DNA of 38,878 bases, taken from assembly GCA_035705175.1 (NCBI GenBank), contig DASSWH010000079.1, positions 1-38,878 on the forward strand. The letters are read 5' to 3'. Shown one piece after another: positions 9,657 through 18,813 of this stretch (positions within the stretch are counted from its first letter, which is position 1; each line of letters begins with the position of its first letter). The position numbers and the translations under genes were made by a program. The DNA comes from Pseudidiomarina sp. (GTDB taxonomy: Bacteria > Pseudomonadota > Gammaproteobacteria > Enterobacterales > Alteromonadaceae). The notes below the pieces were generated by a model, which was not told the DNA's origin, made no database searches, and was given only the letters and a program-made list of their open reading frames with translations.

Positions 9657-10826
9657 ATGTGGATACGGTGGCAGCATACTGCAACAGCCATACTTTTGTG
9701 CTGGGCAGGGACTTCATTGGTTGGTTGCCAAGACCCACCGCCGGCTGCTCAGTCACCGGTTGAGGCGTTACAGTTTCAGTACCATTACCAGCGTTTAGTA
9801 ACTGATTTTATCGACGCGCAAGGAAGAGTAATTGACCGCTCGGATGAGCGGCTGATTTCTACTTCTGAGGGGCAGTCCTATGCGTTGTTCTTTGCGCTCG
9901 TTGCGAATGATCGTGAACGCTTTGAGCAGTTGCTCGAGTGGACAGAGGATAACTTAAGCGGCGGCGACATCACGCAGCAATTGCCAGCATGGTTATGGGG
10001 TTTCGAGAACGAAACATGGGGTGTGATCGATAGCAATCCGGCGAGCGACGCGGATGTAGTGATTGCATACACGTTGATCGAGGCTGGCCGTCTTTGGAAC
10101 GAACCTCGCTACGGGGCATTGGGCGAATTGGTTGCCGACCGAATTCTGCGTTCCGAAATTGTGTCCATTGCGGGCCGTGAAGTCCTATTACCTGCGCCCA
10201 TGGGGTTTGTCGATAGCTCAGAGAAAACGTTGTTGGTGAATCCGAGTTATATGGCATTACCACTGCTTGAGGGGTTATTTACTGGAACCGGAGTAAAGAC
10301 CTGGCAAGCTGTGTACGAGTCAAGCGCACAAGTCTACGCTCTGCACCCACACGGGCTGTACGCCGACTGGTTAGAACTGGATTTCGATTTTAATGTGACG
10401 GCGACTCAACCAGAGCCAAGTGCTGATTACGATGCTATTCGAAGCTATTTTTGGTTAGCTTTAGAAGCGGAGCGAGGTGGCGATTTCGCCGAGCTCCTGA
10501 GTCAATCTACCGCTTTGGCGACAGAGATTGATGTCAGCGGTCGTGTCCCAGAACGAATTGATTGGCTGGAGCCAGCTTATCATGGTGTCGGTAACCTTGG
10601 ATTTAGCGCCATTTTACTTCCCTATCTCGATCAATTGAATCCACAGGCTGCGAAATTGCAACGAGCCCGGATAGTCGCGACGGCCCCCGAGCGATACGCG
10701 GCAAACTACTACACCACCATGCTGTTATTATTTGGTAGCGGAGCGCAACAGTGCTATAGCTTTGCCGAAAATGGCCAGTTGCAGGTGAACTGGGAACGCG
10801 CTTGGTGCGGACGTCATGATGAATAA
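9657..10826 (+). CDS. bcsZ: GH8 endo-1,4-beta-glucanase BcsZ, predicted lipoprotein
   Basis: TSEGQSYALFFAL, LPAWLWG, DSNPASDAD, NPSY, YDAIR; LVGC lipobox. Confidence 0.95.
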   Translation: MWIRWQHTATAILLCWAGTSLVGCQDPPPAAQSPVEALQFQYHYQRLVTDFIDAQGRVIDRSDERLISTSEGQSYALFFALVANDRERFEQLLEWTEDNLSGGDITQQLPAWLWGFENETWGVIDSNPASDADVVIAYTLIEAGRLWNEPRYGALGELVADRILRSEIVSIAGREVLLPAPMGFVDSSEKTLLVNPSYMALPLLEGLFTGTGVKTWQAVYESSAQVYALHPHGLYADWLELDFDFNVTATQPEPSADYDAIRSYFWLALEAERGGDFAELLSQSTALATEIDVSGRVPERIDWLEPAYHGVGNLGFSAILLPYLDQLNPQAAKLQRARIVATAPERYAANYYTTMLLLFGSGAQQCYSFAENGQLQVNWERAWCGRHDE

Positions 10827-13320
10827 CAGACTTCTCACTATTGCGCTGGTTCTGCTCATTTGGCTTCCCTCTGTGCAGGCACAAGATTCAACACTTTTGG
10901 TGACCAGATGGTCTGAAGCCGAACTCGATCCTGCCAAGCGTCAATCATTGCGGTTGGTTGAAGAGCGAGTTCAATTGTGGTTGCAACGCGGTCGAACCTT
11001 TCAACTCGAAGTCGCATTAGAGCAACTCGAAAGAGTGTTGCCGCGTCACCCACTCATACTGGAATTGCGCGCGACTACAGCATTGCAAGCTGGAGATCGA
11101 GCAACGGCTGAAGAATTATTGGCCGAGATGCAGCAAGTTGCTCCACGTCGTATAGAAACATTGCGATTACAGCAATCTCTAGAACTCACTGATGAACAGT
11201 TGCAAACCTTGGCTGAGATTCGACTGTTGGATATTGCGGGTCGATCGAGTGAAGCTGCAGCGTTATTACCTCAGGTTTATAGTGACGTACCCTTAGCTAT
11301 CGATCTTGCACTCGAATACTGGCAAATCATTGCGCGAGCGGGCGAGCGAGAGGCTGCGTTAGAGGGGATGCGAGCTTTACAACGCCGTTACCCTGAACAT
11401 ATCCCGACCACCCTCGCTATTTTCAATCAAAAGCTGGCATTGGGCCTGCTCACAACCCCAGACTTACAGCAACTGACGACTCTGACTTTAGACTCTGTTT
11501 ATGGAAATGCGGCGCTCAGTTTATGGCTACGGGTATTACCCACATTAACGCCGAGCCAAACCGAGTTGCAGGCAGTGCAGCAATTGGCGCGATACTTTCC
11601 GAATCATGCCGAAGTGCAGCGGTTTGAACGTGACCTCACGCAACAACGGCGGCAATTGTTGGCAGAACAACGAAAATTACAACCTGATCCGAGCCGATCC
11701 GAGTCATCGAACGAGACGACGACAACGGCTGCGTTAACGGAGGCTGAAGTCGATATAGTTCCGGAATTAGTTACCGAAGTGTCGCCAACTTCCGAACTAA
11801 CGCCTGAGCCTGAACTACCCAGTGCGTGGGAGGTTGCGGATAGAGCGCGTCCACTAGAAGATGCAGGCCAAATTGAGGCGGCTCGTGAGCTCTATTTGGA
11901 GCAATTAGAAGTTAATCCCAACGCCGATAGTTATTTTGCCTATGCCTTGTTTTTAGAACGAATCGGCGAATTCGCTGAAGCACAGGCACAGCTGGATAAA
12001 TTGCCGGGTAGTGAGAGTGGTGAGGGCGTGATTGCACTCCAACAGCGGCTACTCGATCGGCGTCTTGCTGCCTTACAAAACACGCGCACGCAAACGGTTG
12101 GTGGTGAATTCGTCAGTATTCCAACAACCCGACTCGAAGATCTGAGTGACCGCCGCGAAGCAGTATTGTGGCTAGGTTACGAGCGGGCTGAACGCGAGAG
12201 TACACCGGGCATCTCAACCTTGAACACAGATTCGTTCATCGTTCGTTTAACCGTTCCAATGGAGGATAATCCAACGGGTGAATGGTTTATTCAAGTGGAT
12301 CCGATTCGAGCCAATGCTGGTGCTGCTGATCTGGATGACAATTTCTGGCGCAATCGCTTTGGTACCGGTCTGATTTGTCAATCAGGTTGTCCTAATGGCA
12401 TTCAACCAGAAGCAAAAGAGCAAGGCGTTGCCTTTGGTGTCGGTGCTCGCTGGGATGCATGGGAATTTGATTTAGGCACCAGTCCGTGGGGGTTCCAGGA
12501 TTACGCGTGGGTCGGTGGGTTAAGTTACAGTGGTGATGTAGGCGAGTTCGGCTGGGGTCTTGAGGCACAGCGACGCATACTGACCTCAGCTTTAGTCAAT
12601 TTCTCCGGGATTACCGATCCATTTAGTGGTGAGGATTGGGGTCCCGTGACACGCAATAATCTTGGTTTCAGTATGAATTGGGATCAAGGCACGGGTTGGG
12701 GTTGGTGGGCCAATGCTGGATTGAATTGGTTCCATGGGGATGCGACTAAAAGTAATCGGCAGTGGTACCTTTACAGTGGTCTTTACACAACGGTCTACGA
12801 TACTGAACCATTGGCTTTAGATCTTGGGTTAACAGGCCTGAGCTGGGGATTCGCTAATGATCAAAGCCAGACGACTTTCGGGCAGGGTGGTTACTACAGT
12901 CCCAAACATTACGTCTCGTTCAGTGTGCCAATTACCCTGTATGGTCGCTACCAGCGTTTATCGTATCGATTTCGCGCCTCATTTGGGAAGTCCTCTACGC
13001 GCTTAGCGGCGTCGGACTTTTTCCCTAACCATCCTGAATTACAAGTACAAGCCGAAGCTTTGGCGCCGATTACCGGCATAGAGCCAACCTTTGCAGGTGG
13101 TACCGGAGGTGGTTTCGGTAAAAGCTATCAAGCGACTCTAGAGTACCGTGTAAATTCACATTGGTACATTGGTTTGAGTGCAACTCTTGAGCGATCAGAG
13201 TTTTTCACACCAGACAACTTCATGCTGTACTTACGTTATCATTTCGGCGGTTGGAGTCTACCTGCACGGCGTCCACCAGCCCCTCCGCAGCGATATGTTG
13301 ACAACCCCTGGTTTGAATAA
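10816..13320 (+). CDS. bcsC: Cellulose export protein BcsC (TPR plus C-terminal beta-barrel), short form
   Basis: Signal peptide, TPR-like helices, TPGISTL, DLGTSPWGF, FGQGGYYSP, LYLRYHFGGW. Confidence 0.92.
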   Translation: MMNNRLLTIALVLLIWLPSVQAQDSTLLVTRWSEAELDPAKRQSLRLVEERVQLWLQRGRTFQLEVALEQLERVLPRHPLILELRATTALQAGDRATAEELLAEMQQVAPRRIETLRLQQSLELTDEQLQTLAEIRLLDIAGRSSEAAALLPQVYSDVPLAIDLALEYWQIIARAGEREAALEGMRALQRRYPEHIPTTLAIFNQKLALGLLTTPDLQQLTTLTLDSVYGNAALSLWLRVLPTLTPSQTELQAVQQLARYFPNHAEVQRFERDLTQQRRQLLAEQRKLQPDPSRSESSNETTTTAALTEAEVDIVPELVTEVSPTSELTPEPELPSAWEVADRARPLEDAGQIEAARELYLEQLEVNPNADSYFAYALFLERIGEFAEAQAQLDKLPGSESGEGVIALQQRLLDRRLAALQNTRTQTVGGEFVSIPTTRLEDLSDRREAVLWLGYERAERESTPGISTLNTDSFIVRLTVPMEDNPTGEWFIQVDPIRANAGAADLDDNFWRNRFGTGLICQSGCPNGIQPEAKEQGVAFGVGARWDAWEFDLGTSPWGFQDYAWVGGLSYSGDVGEFGWGLEAQRRILTSALVNFSGITDPFSGEDWGPVTRNNLGFSMNWDQGTGWGWWANAGLNWFHGDATKSNRQWYLYSGLYTTVYDTEPLALDLGLTGLSWGFANDQSQTTFGQGGYYSPKHYVSFSVPITLYGRYQRLSYRFRASFGKSSTRLAASDFFPNHPELQVQAEALAPITGIEPTFAGGTGGGFGKSYQATLEYRVNSHWYIGLSATLERSEFFTPDNFMLYLRYHFGGWSLPARRPPAPPQRYVDNPWFE

Positions 13321-13411
13321 GAGCGGATTGTGGGGGCTGTGGGTATCGAAATAAGTACGACCAACACCCTTAAAATTAAGGGTAACCGCTGAGTAGAAGC
13401 GGCAAACTAAC

Positions 13412-13440
13412 TTGCAGCTCCGACCAGTAAAGCACATACT
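13412..13440 (+). promoter_or_regulatory. Putative sigma70 promoter of the acylase gene
   Basis: TTGCAG (13412-13417), 17-nt spacer, CATACT (13435-13440); A-rich leader AACAACAA follows. Confidence 0.55.
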
Positions 13441-13486
13441 CTTATTGTTTTTGTAACGAAAATAAAAAATACAGAACAACAAGGGT

Positions 13487-16030
13487 ATGCACATGTCTGA
13501 CACTCCTATTTTTAAGCGCAAGCTAATCGCGGCGCTATTCGTAACCTCTTCAATAGTTGCTTTACAAGCCTGTGGCGGCGATGACAACGATGATCTCGTG
13601 TCACCACCACCACCGCCGCCACCGCCACCTTCTGGCCTCGTTGCATTTGCTCCAAATGGTAACTTAGAGGCGACCGTGCGCTGGACAGATTATGGCGTGC
13701 CTTATGTTCAGGCCGAAAACCTTGAGAGTATTGGTTACGGCGTTGGTTATGCATTCGCGCGTGACAACATTTGTATTCTCGCCGATCAGGTGATTAAGTT
13801 TAATTCGCAGCGCTCGCAATACTTCGGCCCTGACCGCGTTCCGGGTTCTGGGGACTCGGATAATTTACTCAATGACTTCGGTTATTTAACGTTGGGGATT
13901 CGCGCGAACGCAGAAGCTGGACTTGCTGAGATCAGCGAAGAAGCTCAAGCAATGATTACGGGTTACACCAGTGGTTACAACCGATATCTAGCCGATACTG
14001 GCGTTGACAACATTGACCCCACCTGTGCAGGTCAGCCCTGGGTAAAACCCATCACGCCGGTTGACCTACTGACGTATGCGCAAGGTGTCGCACTACTGCC
14101 AGGTGCTGCTAACTTTACCGGTCCGTTGTTCCTCGCAACCCCTCCCGATCAAATGATGGGCGCAATGAACAAAGCGACTGGAAAGAGCTTTGATCTCGGC
14201 TCATTTGATGCAGCTGATGTGACTATTCCCGACACCAATCCAACGGAAGCTGGCTCGAATGGTTGGGCTATCGGTTCGGATTTAAGTGCCACCGGCAAAG
14301 GTATGCTGATTGCGAATCCGCACTTCCCGTACACGGGTAATCAACGCTTCTGGAGCTTCGGTGTTGAAGTACCCGGTGAAATGAAAGTTGTTGGTGGTTC
14401 ACTCTCGGGTATGCCGGGCTTGGTCAACATTGGTATGACCGAGCACATGGCTTGGACGCATACTTTCTCGACTGCATCGCGCTTCACTATTCATCGTCTT
14501 ACTTTAGATCCAAATGATCCGGAACGGAAAACCTACTTGTTGGATGGCGAACCCGTACCAATGACCGAGAAATTCCACGAAATTCAAGTGGCAACAGGTC
14601 CTGGCACGTTCGCAACGCTGCAAAAGCGTAGTTACCACAGTGAGTTTGGCCCGATTATCGTGGTTCCTGGCGCGTTACCATGGGGCACGGATCCTTTCAC
14701 TGGCCAAGAAGTTGCTTATGCTTTATTCGATGCCAACTTGCCGAACCTCGATTTGTTTGACCAATGGTTCGGTATGAACTTAGCGGAAAGCATGGAAGAG
14801 TTCCAAGCGACATTTGCAAAGAATATGGGCACGGTATTTAACAATACGATGGCCGTGTCTGCTGATGGTCAAGCCTTTTTTACAGATGGTAGTTCGGTCC
14901 CTAATATTGCTCCAGCCGCATTGCAAGCGTGGGCAGGGAATCAACTCTATCAAACCATCACCGGCGCTACCGGACTGCCAGTATTTCCGGGTGATGACAG
15001 CGGCTTTATGCCAAATGGAAAAGTTCCATTTGAACAAGCTCCGCAGTTGAATCGTACTGACTTTGTCCAAAACTCCAATGATAGCTATTGGTTGACCAAT
15101 CCTGCTGCACCTATAACGGGTGTCTCACCGCTTTGGGGACCGACTGGCAATCAGCAATCCTACCGTTCACGCATGGGGCAGAAATTCCTAGCCGAAGGTG
15201 GTTCGGTAGACGGTCTATTCACCCGTGCCGACTTGGTGGATCGTCTCACCAATAACCGGAATTGGTTAGGGGAAGAGGTATTGACTGACTTGTTAGCGCA
15301 CTGTGAAGCACAAGGGGATACACCGGTACAAACCGCGAATGGTTCGGTATCTATTGCACCTGCTTGTGATGCGTTAGGACAGTGGAACGGTACGATGAAC
15401 CTGAATAGCGTCGGTGGTATGATGTTCCGCGAGTTTGCCTCGGAGTTTCGTCGTAACCCACAATGGGTGAATGGTTTTGATGCTGCAGATCCAACCCATA
15501 CACCGAATACACTCGCGACGAATGATACTGTGCTTCAACAACTTGCTGCAGCACAACAACGTATTGTTAACGCGGGTTTAGATGTTGCTGCACCGTTGGG
15601 CGCAGTTCAGTTTGTTGAGCGGAGCCTGCCGAATGGACAACCTTCAGGAGTCCGCTTACCGTGGGCTGGCTCCAATAACATTGAAGGTGGATTCAACGTA
15701 TTCAGCAGTAATATGGGCAATGATGGTACCTTACTGCGCCGTCATACCTACCCACTCCTGCCAGGATCAAACTTGAGTGCTGCGGCCGGTGGCTACCATA
15801 TTACCTACGGTTCAAGCTGGAAGTTTGCAATGGAGTTTACCGATAATGGACCGGTCGCTGAGGGTATTTTGACATACTCGCAAGCATCGAATCCTGAGTC
15901 TGATCATTACATTGACCAAACTCAGTTGTACTCATCTGAGCCGCAGTTGCGCCCAATTTTATTTAGTAATGAAGATATTGAGGCGAATACAATTGAGGTG
16001 TTGGAACTGACAGGGACAAGCGGCGAGTAA
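13487..16030 (+). CDS. Ntn-hydrolase acylase (penicillin amidase family; aculeacin A / AHL acylase, PvdQ-like), lipoprotein
   Basis: LQAC lipobox; WTDYGVPYV, GYGVGYAFARDN, GSNGWAIG (N-terminal nucleophile Ser), LIANPHFP, QNSNDSYW, LTYSQA. Start is 13487 or 13493. Confidence 0.9.
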   Translation: MHMSDTPIFKRKLIAALFVTSSIVALQACGGDDNDDLVSPPPPPPPPPSGLVAFAPNGNLEATVRWTDYGVPYVQAENLESIGYGVGYAFARDNICILADQVIKFNSQRSQYFGPDRVPGSGDSDNLLNDFGYLTLGIRANAEAGLAEISEEAQAMITGYTSGYNRYLADTGVDNIDPTCAGQPWVKPITPVDLLTYAQGVALLPGAANFTGPLFLATPPDQMMGAMNKATGKSFDLGSFDAADVTIPDTNPTEAGSNGWAIGSDLSATGKGMLIANPHFPYTGNQRFWSFGVEVPGEMKVVGGSLSGMPGLVNIGMTEHMAWTHTFSTASRFTIHRLTLDPNDPERKTYLLDGEPVPMTEKFHEIQVATGPGTFATLQKRSYHSEFGPIIVVPGALPWGTDPFTGQEVAYALFDANLPNLDLFDQWFGMNLAESMEEFQATFAKNMGTVFNNTMAVSADGQAFFTDGSSVPNIAPAALQAWAGNQLYQTITGATGLPVFPGDDSGFMPNGKVPFEQAPQLNRTDFVQNSNDSYWLTNPAAPITGVSPLWGPTGNQQSYRSRMGQKFLAEGGSVDGLFTRADLVDRLTNNRNWLGEEVLTDLLAHCEAQGDTPVQTANGSVSIAPACDALGQWNGTMNLNSVGGMMFREFASEFRRNPQWVNGFDAADPTHTPNTLATNDTVLQQLAAAQQRIVNAGLDVAAPLGAVQFVERSLPNGQPSGVRLPWAGSNNIEGGFNVFSSNMGNDGTLLRRHTYPLLPGSNLSAAAGGYHITYGSSWKFAMEFTDNGPVAEGILTYSQASNPESDHYIDQTQLYSSEPQLRPILFSNEDIEANTIEVLELTGTSGE

Positions 16031-16049
16031 TTCGCCGCAAGTTTTCGAG

Positions 16050-16934
16050 TTAAAAGCTGAAGCTACCTTCTAATCGTTGCAGATGGTCTTCAGCTCCACA
16101 GATTTGATAGCGTCCCAGTTGCTGGGTGTCCGTCGGTTGCTGCCACAGCGAGACCCGCGCGGGCAACGGCACTGGGCGTTTAAATGTCACATCAATAGTT
16201 TTCACAGCTCGCTGTGCTGAACGTTCGATTTCAGCTTGTGCACGCGCGGCCATGTACATACCGTGAATAATGGGCTGTTGGAAGCCGAACCAGCGTGATA
16301 AAAATGGATGTAAATGAATGGGGTTGAAGTCGCCTGACAAACGCGCGTATTGACGTGCCGTTTGCACATTCAAGCGCCAACTATCAACATGTTGCCAATC
16401 TTCTCCTGGCATCGAAGCGGTTTTGGCTTCGCGCGGTTTTGCGGACTTTGGCGCGTTTTTCGGCATCACTTGATACTCTGAAATGCAGGTGACCACCAGT
16501 TCGTTATTCTGATAGAACTGGACAGTAAACAATGGCCGCAGGCGCCGAGGCGATACCTTTGGGCCCCGCGCAGGCAATTTAATTGCGGCATGCATCACGA
16601 ACTCTGTACTAGCATCAATCTCGGCATGTTGTTCAAGGGCATTGCTGACATGCACGAGGCCAGGGGCAGGCCAAGGGAATTCAGGATCTAGCATCTGAGC
16701 TAAGTGAACACGCTGAGCAAGACAATACATGAGCGTTAACGGTACTTCACCAATAAAGCCACCAAAAGCATCATGAAAATTCTTCAATTGCTCTGCAGTA
16801 AAAGCTGGAGCCACAAATTGACCGTTGATTGTCGTCGCTGATGCTGTCGCTTGATCATCTCGAGCAACCGTAAAGAGCGAACGAATTAGCATACCAGGCA
16901 GTTTTGGCAGCGCGGTGTTGGCTTGCGTGTGCAT
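16050..16934 (-). CDS. MaoC-family double-hotdog acyl dehydratase
   Basis: GLVHVSN and YARLSGDFNPIHL...IIHGMY hydratase-2 motif. Confidence 0.88.
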   Translation of the reverse strand: MHTQANTALPKLPGMLIRSLFTVARDDQATASATTINGQFVAPAFTAEQLKNFHDAFGGFIGEVPLTLMYCLAQRVHLAQMLDPEFPWPAPGLVHVSNALEQHAEIDASTEFVMHAAIKLPARGPKVSPRRLRPLFTVQFYQNNELVVTCISEYQVMPKNAPKSAKPREAKTASMPGEDWQHVDSWRLNVQTARQYARLSGDFNPIHLHPFLSRWFGFQQPIIHGMYMAARAQAEIERSAQRAVKTIDVTFKRPVPLPARVSLWQQPTDTQQLGRYQICGAEDHLQRLEGSFSF

Positions 16935-16979
16935 CTCACATCCTTTGAGTCCAAATTCGGACGATAGAATAACATAATT

Positions 16980-17009
16980 TTGACTTTGCTAGGCGATGCC
17001 CGCTAGCAT
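16980..17009 (+). promoter_or_regulatory. Putative sigma70 promoter of the WYL gene overlapped by an inverted repeat
   Basis: TTGACT (16980-16985), 18-nt spacer, TAGCAT (17004-17009); TGCTAG-N10-CTAGCA at 16987-17008. Confidence 0.5.
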
Positions 17010-17041
17010 CAAAACACTTATAGTATACATGGATTTTCAGC

Positions 17042-18103
17042 ATGCCAGGACCTACCTCTCATCATCGCAATGATAATAAAGAAGTTGTTTTACGCTGTAT
17101 TTACATGTTACTCGCCCTTTATGAGCGTCAGCGCACGGTCACAGAACTTCTTGAAGTACTTGCCGATCGTGAGTTAAAGCCTGTGTCCGAACGCACCATT
17201 CAGCGTGATCTTGATACACTCGATGGACACTTCGGTTTGCATCAAGCCGGGAAGCAAGGCCGCGCCACCTTATGGGCAGTTGATCCGGTCGATTTCGAAG
17301 AACTCCTCGAACTCGAAGATCCAGTCGCTCTAGCGTTGGTAGTTGCTGAGCAGCAACTAGATGCGTTAGGTCCCATGCATACTTTTGATGCAGTGAAGCC
17401 TCTGTTTGAACGCGCACGCCAACAACTGGCTCACCGCGATACGCCAGCATCGCGTTGGTTACAGCGAGTTTGTGTTACCAGTGCTGGTCATCGTTTGCTT
17501 GGACCAAATTTATCGGCTGAGTTAAACGACCGCTTACAGGATGTTGCACTGCGACAAGCAGCGGTTAAGTTAAACTATCATCGTCATCAGGGGGACCCAG
17601 CTCAAACCATAGAAGCTACTGCTTTGGGTATGTTTTATCGAGGTTCTGTGTCGTACTTGATTATTCGACAACGTGCTAATGGCCGGATCCGTCAACTGCC
17701 ATTCTCACGTATTAGTCATATTCAAGAATCGGTCACATTTGCTGCAGATGTTGGTGATTTTCAGCTGAAAGATTACGCACATTCGGGCGCGTTGGCATTT
17801 CGCTTCGGTGAACCGTTTCGACTCAAAGCCGTTGTCTTTAATTCAGTCCGACGAGAAATTGAAGATGCGCCGTTGGGTAGCGACCAAGAATTGCATGAGA
17901 TTCCTGGCCAACCATACAATCGACAACTCGAAGTGACCGTGCCCTATACACTCAACCTCATTCAATGGCTGTTAGCTCGTGCACCCTATCTGAAAGTTAT
18001 TGGGCCTGATGATTTTCGTGAGCGATTTAAACAAGAATTGGAACAGGCACTGCGAAACATGGAAGCCGAGCATCTCGAGGTGCCCACCCAACGGAGTTTC
18101 TAA
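17042..18103 (+). CDS. HTH-WYL(-WCX) transcriptional regulator
   Basis: N-terminal wHTH (VTELLEVL...VSERTIQRDLDTL); WYL core (LNYHR...ALGMFYRGSVSYLI...RQLPFSRI); C-terminal LIQWLL...LKVIGP WCX-like segment. Confidence 0.9.
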   Translation: MPGPTSHHRNDNKEVVLRCIYMLLALYERQRTVTELLEVLADRELKPVSERTIQRDLDTLDGHFGLHQAGKQGRATLWAVDPVDFEELLELEDPVALALVVAEQQLDALGPMHTFDAVKPLFERARQQLAHRDTPASRWLQRVCVTSAGHRLLGPNLSAELNDRLQDVALRQAAVKLNYHRHQGDPAQTIEATALGMFYRGSVSYLIIRQRANGRIRQLPFSRISHIQESVTFAADVGDFQLKDYAHSGALAFRFGEPFRLKAVVFNSVRREIEDAPLGSDQELHEIPGQPYNRQLEVTVPYTLNLIQWLLARAPYLKVIGPDDFRERFKQELEQALRNMEAEHLEVPTQRSF

Positions 18104-18813
18104 GCTTCCTGATGCGTCAATTTTTTGGCGCGCTTTTTCTGTTGCCGCCGCGACACCAGTTGCCGAGCAATAATTAATAGCCCAGACGTGCAGAAAAACA
18201 GAAAGACTAATCCCAGTGAGCGATTCCATAGATTATTAAAATCTCTTTGCCCACTGTAATCCATGAAATGTAAGCGGAACATCCAGTCGGTCAAAGTGGA
18301 ATATCGGTTACCGTAGCCGGCAATGGTTGCACTGCGCTTGTCTACATAGATGACCGTTTGTTCAGAATCATCGAAAGTAAATGCATAACCAGCCCCTGCT
18401 TGCTGGGGCAGCATGTGCGCCAAGTTAACTTCTTGCTCGCCGACTATTCGTCCAGGACCGATGTAACTGCTGTTTGCAACAGCTCGTGCGACTTGTTGTG
18501 ACGTTGTCCACAATGCTCCTGAATTGGCATCAACAAAAATCTGTGAGTTGGGTAATTGAATAGAATACTGCGGTGTATCACCGATGCGTCGTAATGTAAT
18601 AGCCAAGGCTTTTGGATAGTTTGCCGCTAGAGTCGGCACACCAATACTCGGAGGTTGTTGGATAGGGTGCTGTGTCGGTGCGCCAATATATTTCTCTCCT
18701 GCGAGGTCGGTATGACCCAACCAGCTAAAATAGAAGCCCGTGACTAACCAAATAATGACTTGAGCCACAAGAAGTAGCGCCAACAGGCGATGTAATCGCA
18801 GCAAACTACGCAT
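18100..18813 (-). CDS. PepSY-associated TM helix protein
   Basis: LHRLLALLL...WLVTGFYF at the N-terminus, PepSY repeats, DWMFRLHFMDY. Confidence 0.85.
   Translation of the reverse strand: MRSLLRLHRLLALLLVAQVIIWLVTGFYFSWLGHTDLAGEKYIGAPTQHPIQQPPSIGVPTLAANYPKALAITLRRIGDTPQYSIQLPNSQIFVDANSGALWTTSQQVARAVANSSYIGPGRIVGEQEVNLAHMLPQQAGAGYAFTFDDSEQTVIYVDKRSATIAGYGNRYSTLTDWMFRLHFMDYSGQRDFNNLWNRSLGLVFLFFCTSGLLIIARQLVSRRQQKKRAKKLTHQEA

Noticed and set aside
16021-16037. Hairpin CGGCGA-GTAAT-TCGCCG at the acylase stop codon
   Set aside because: It may be a weak terminator between convergent genes, but it lacks an adjacent U-tract, so it is not called.
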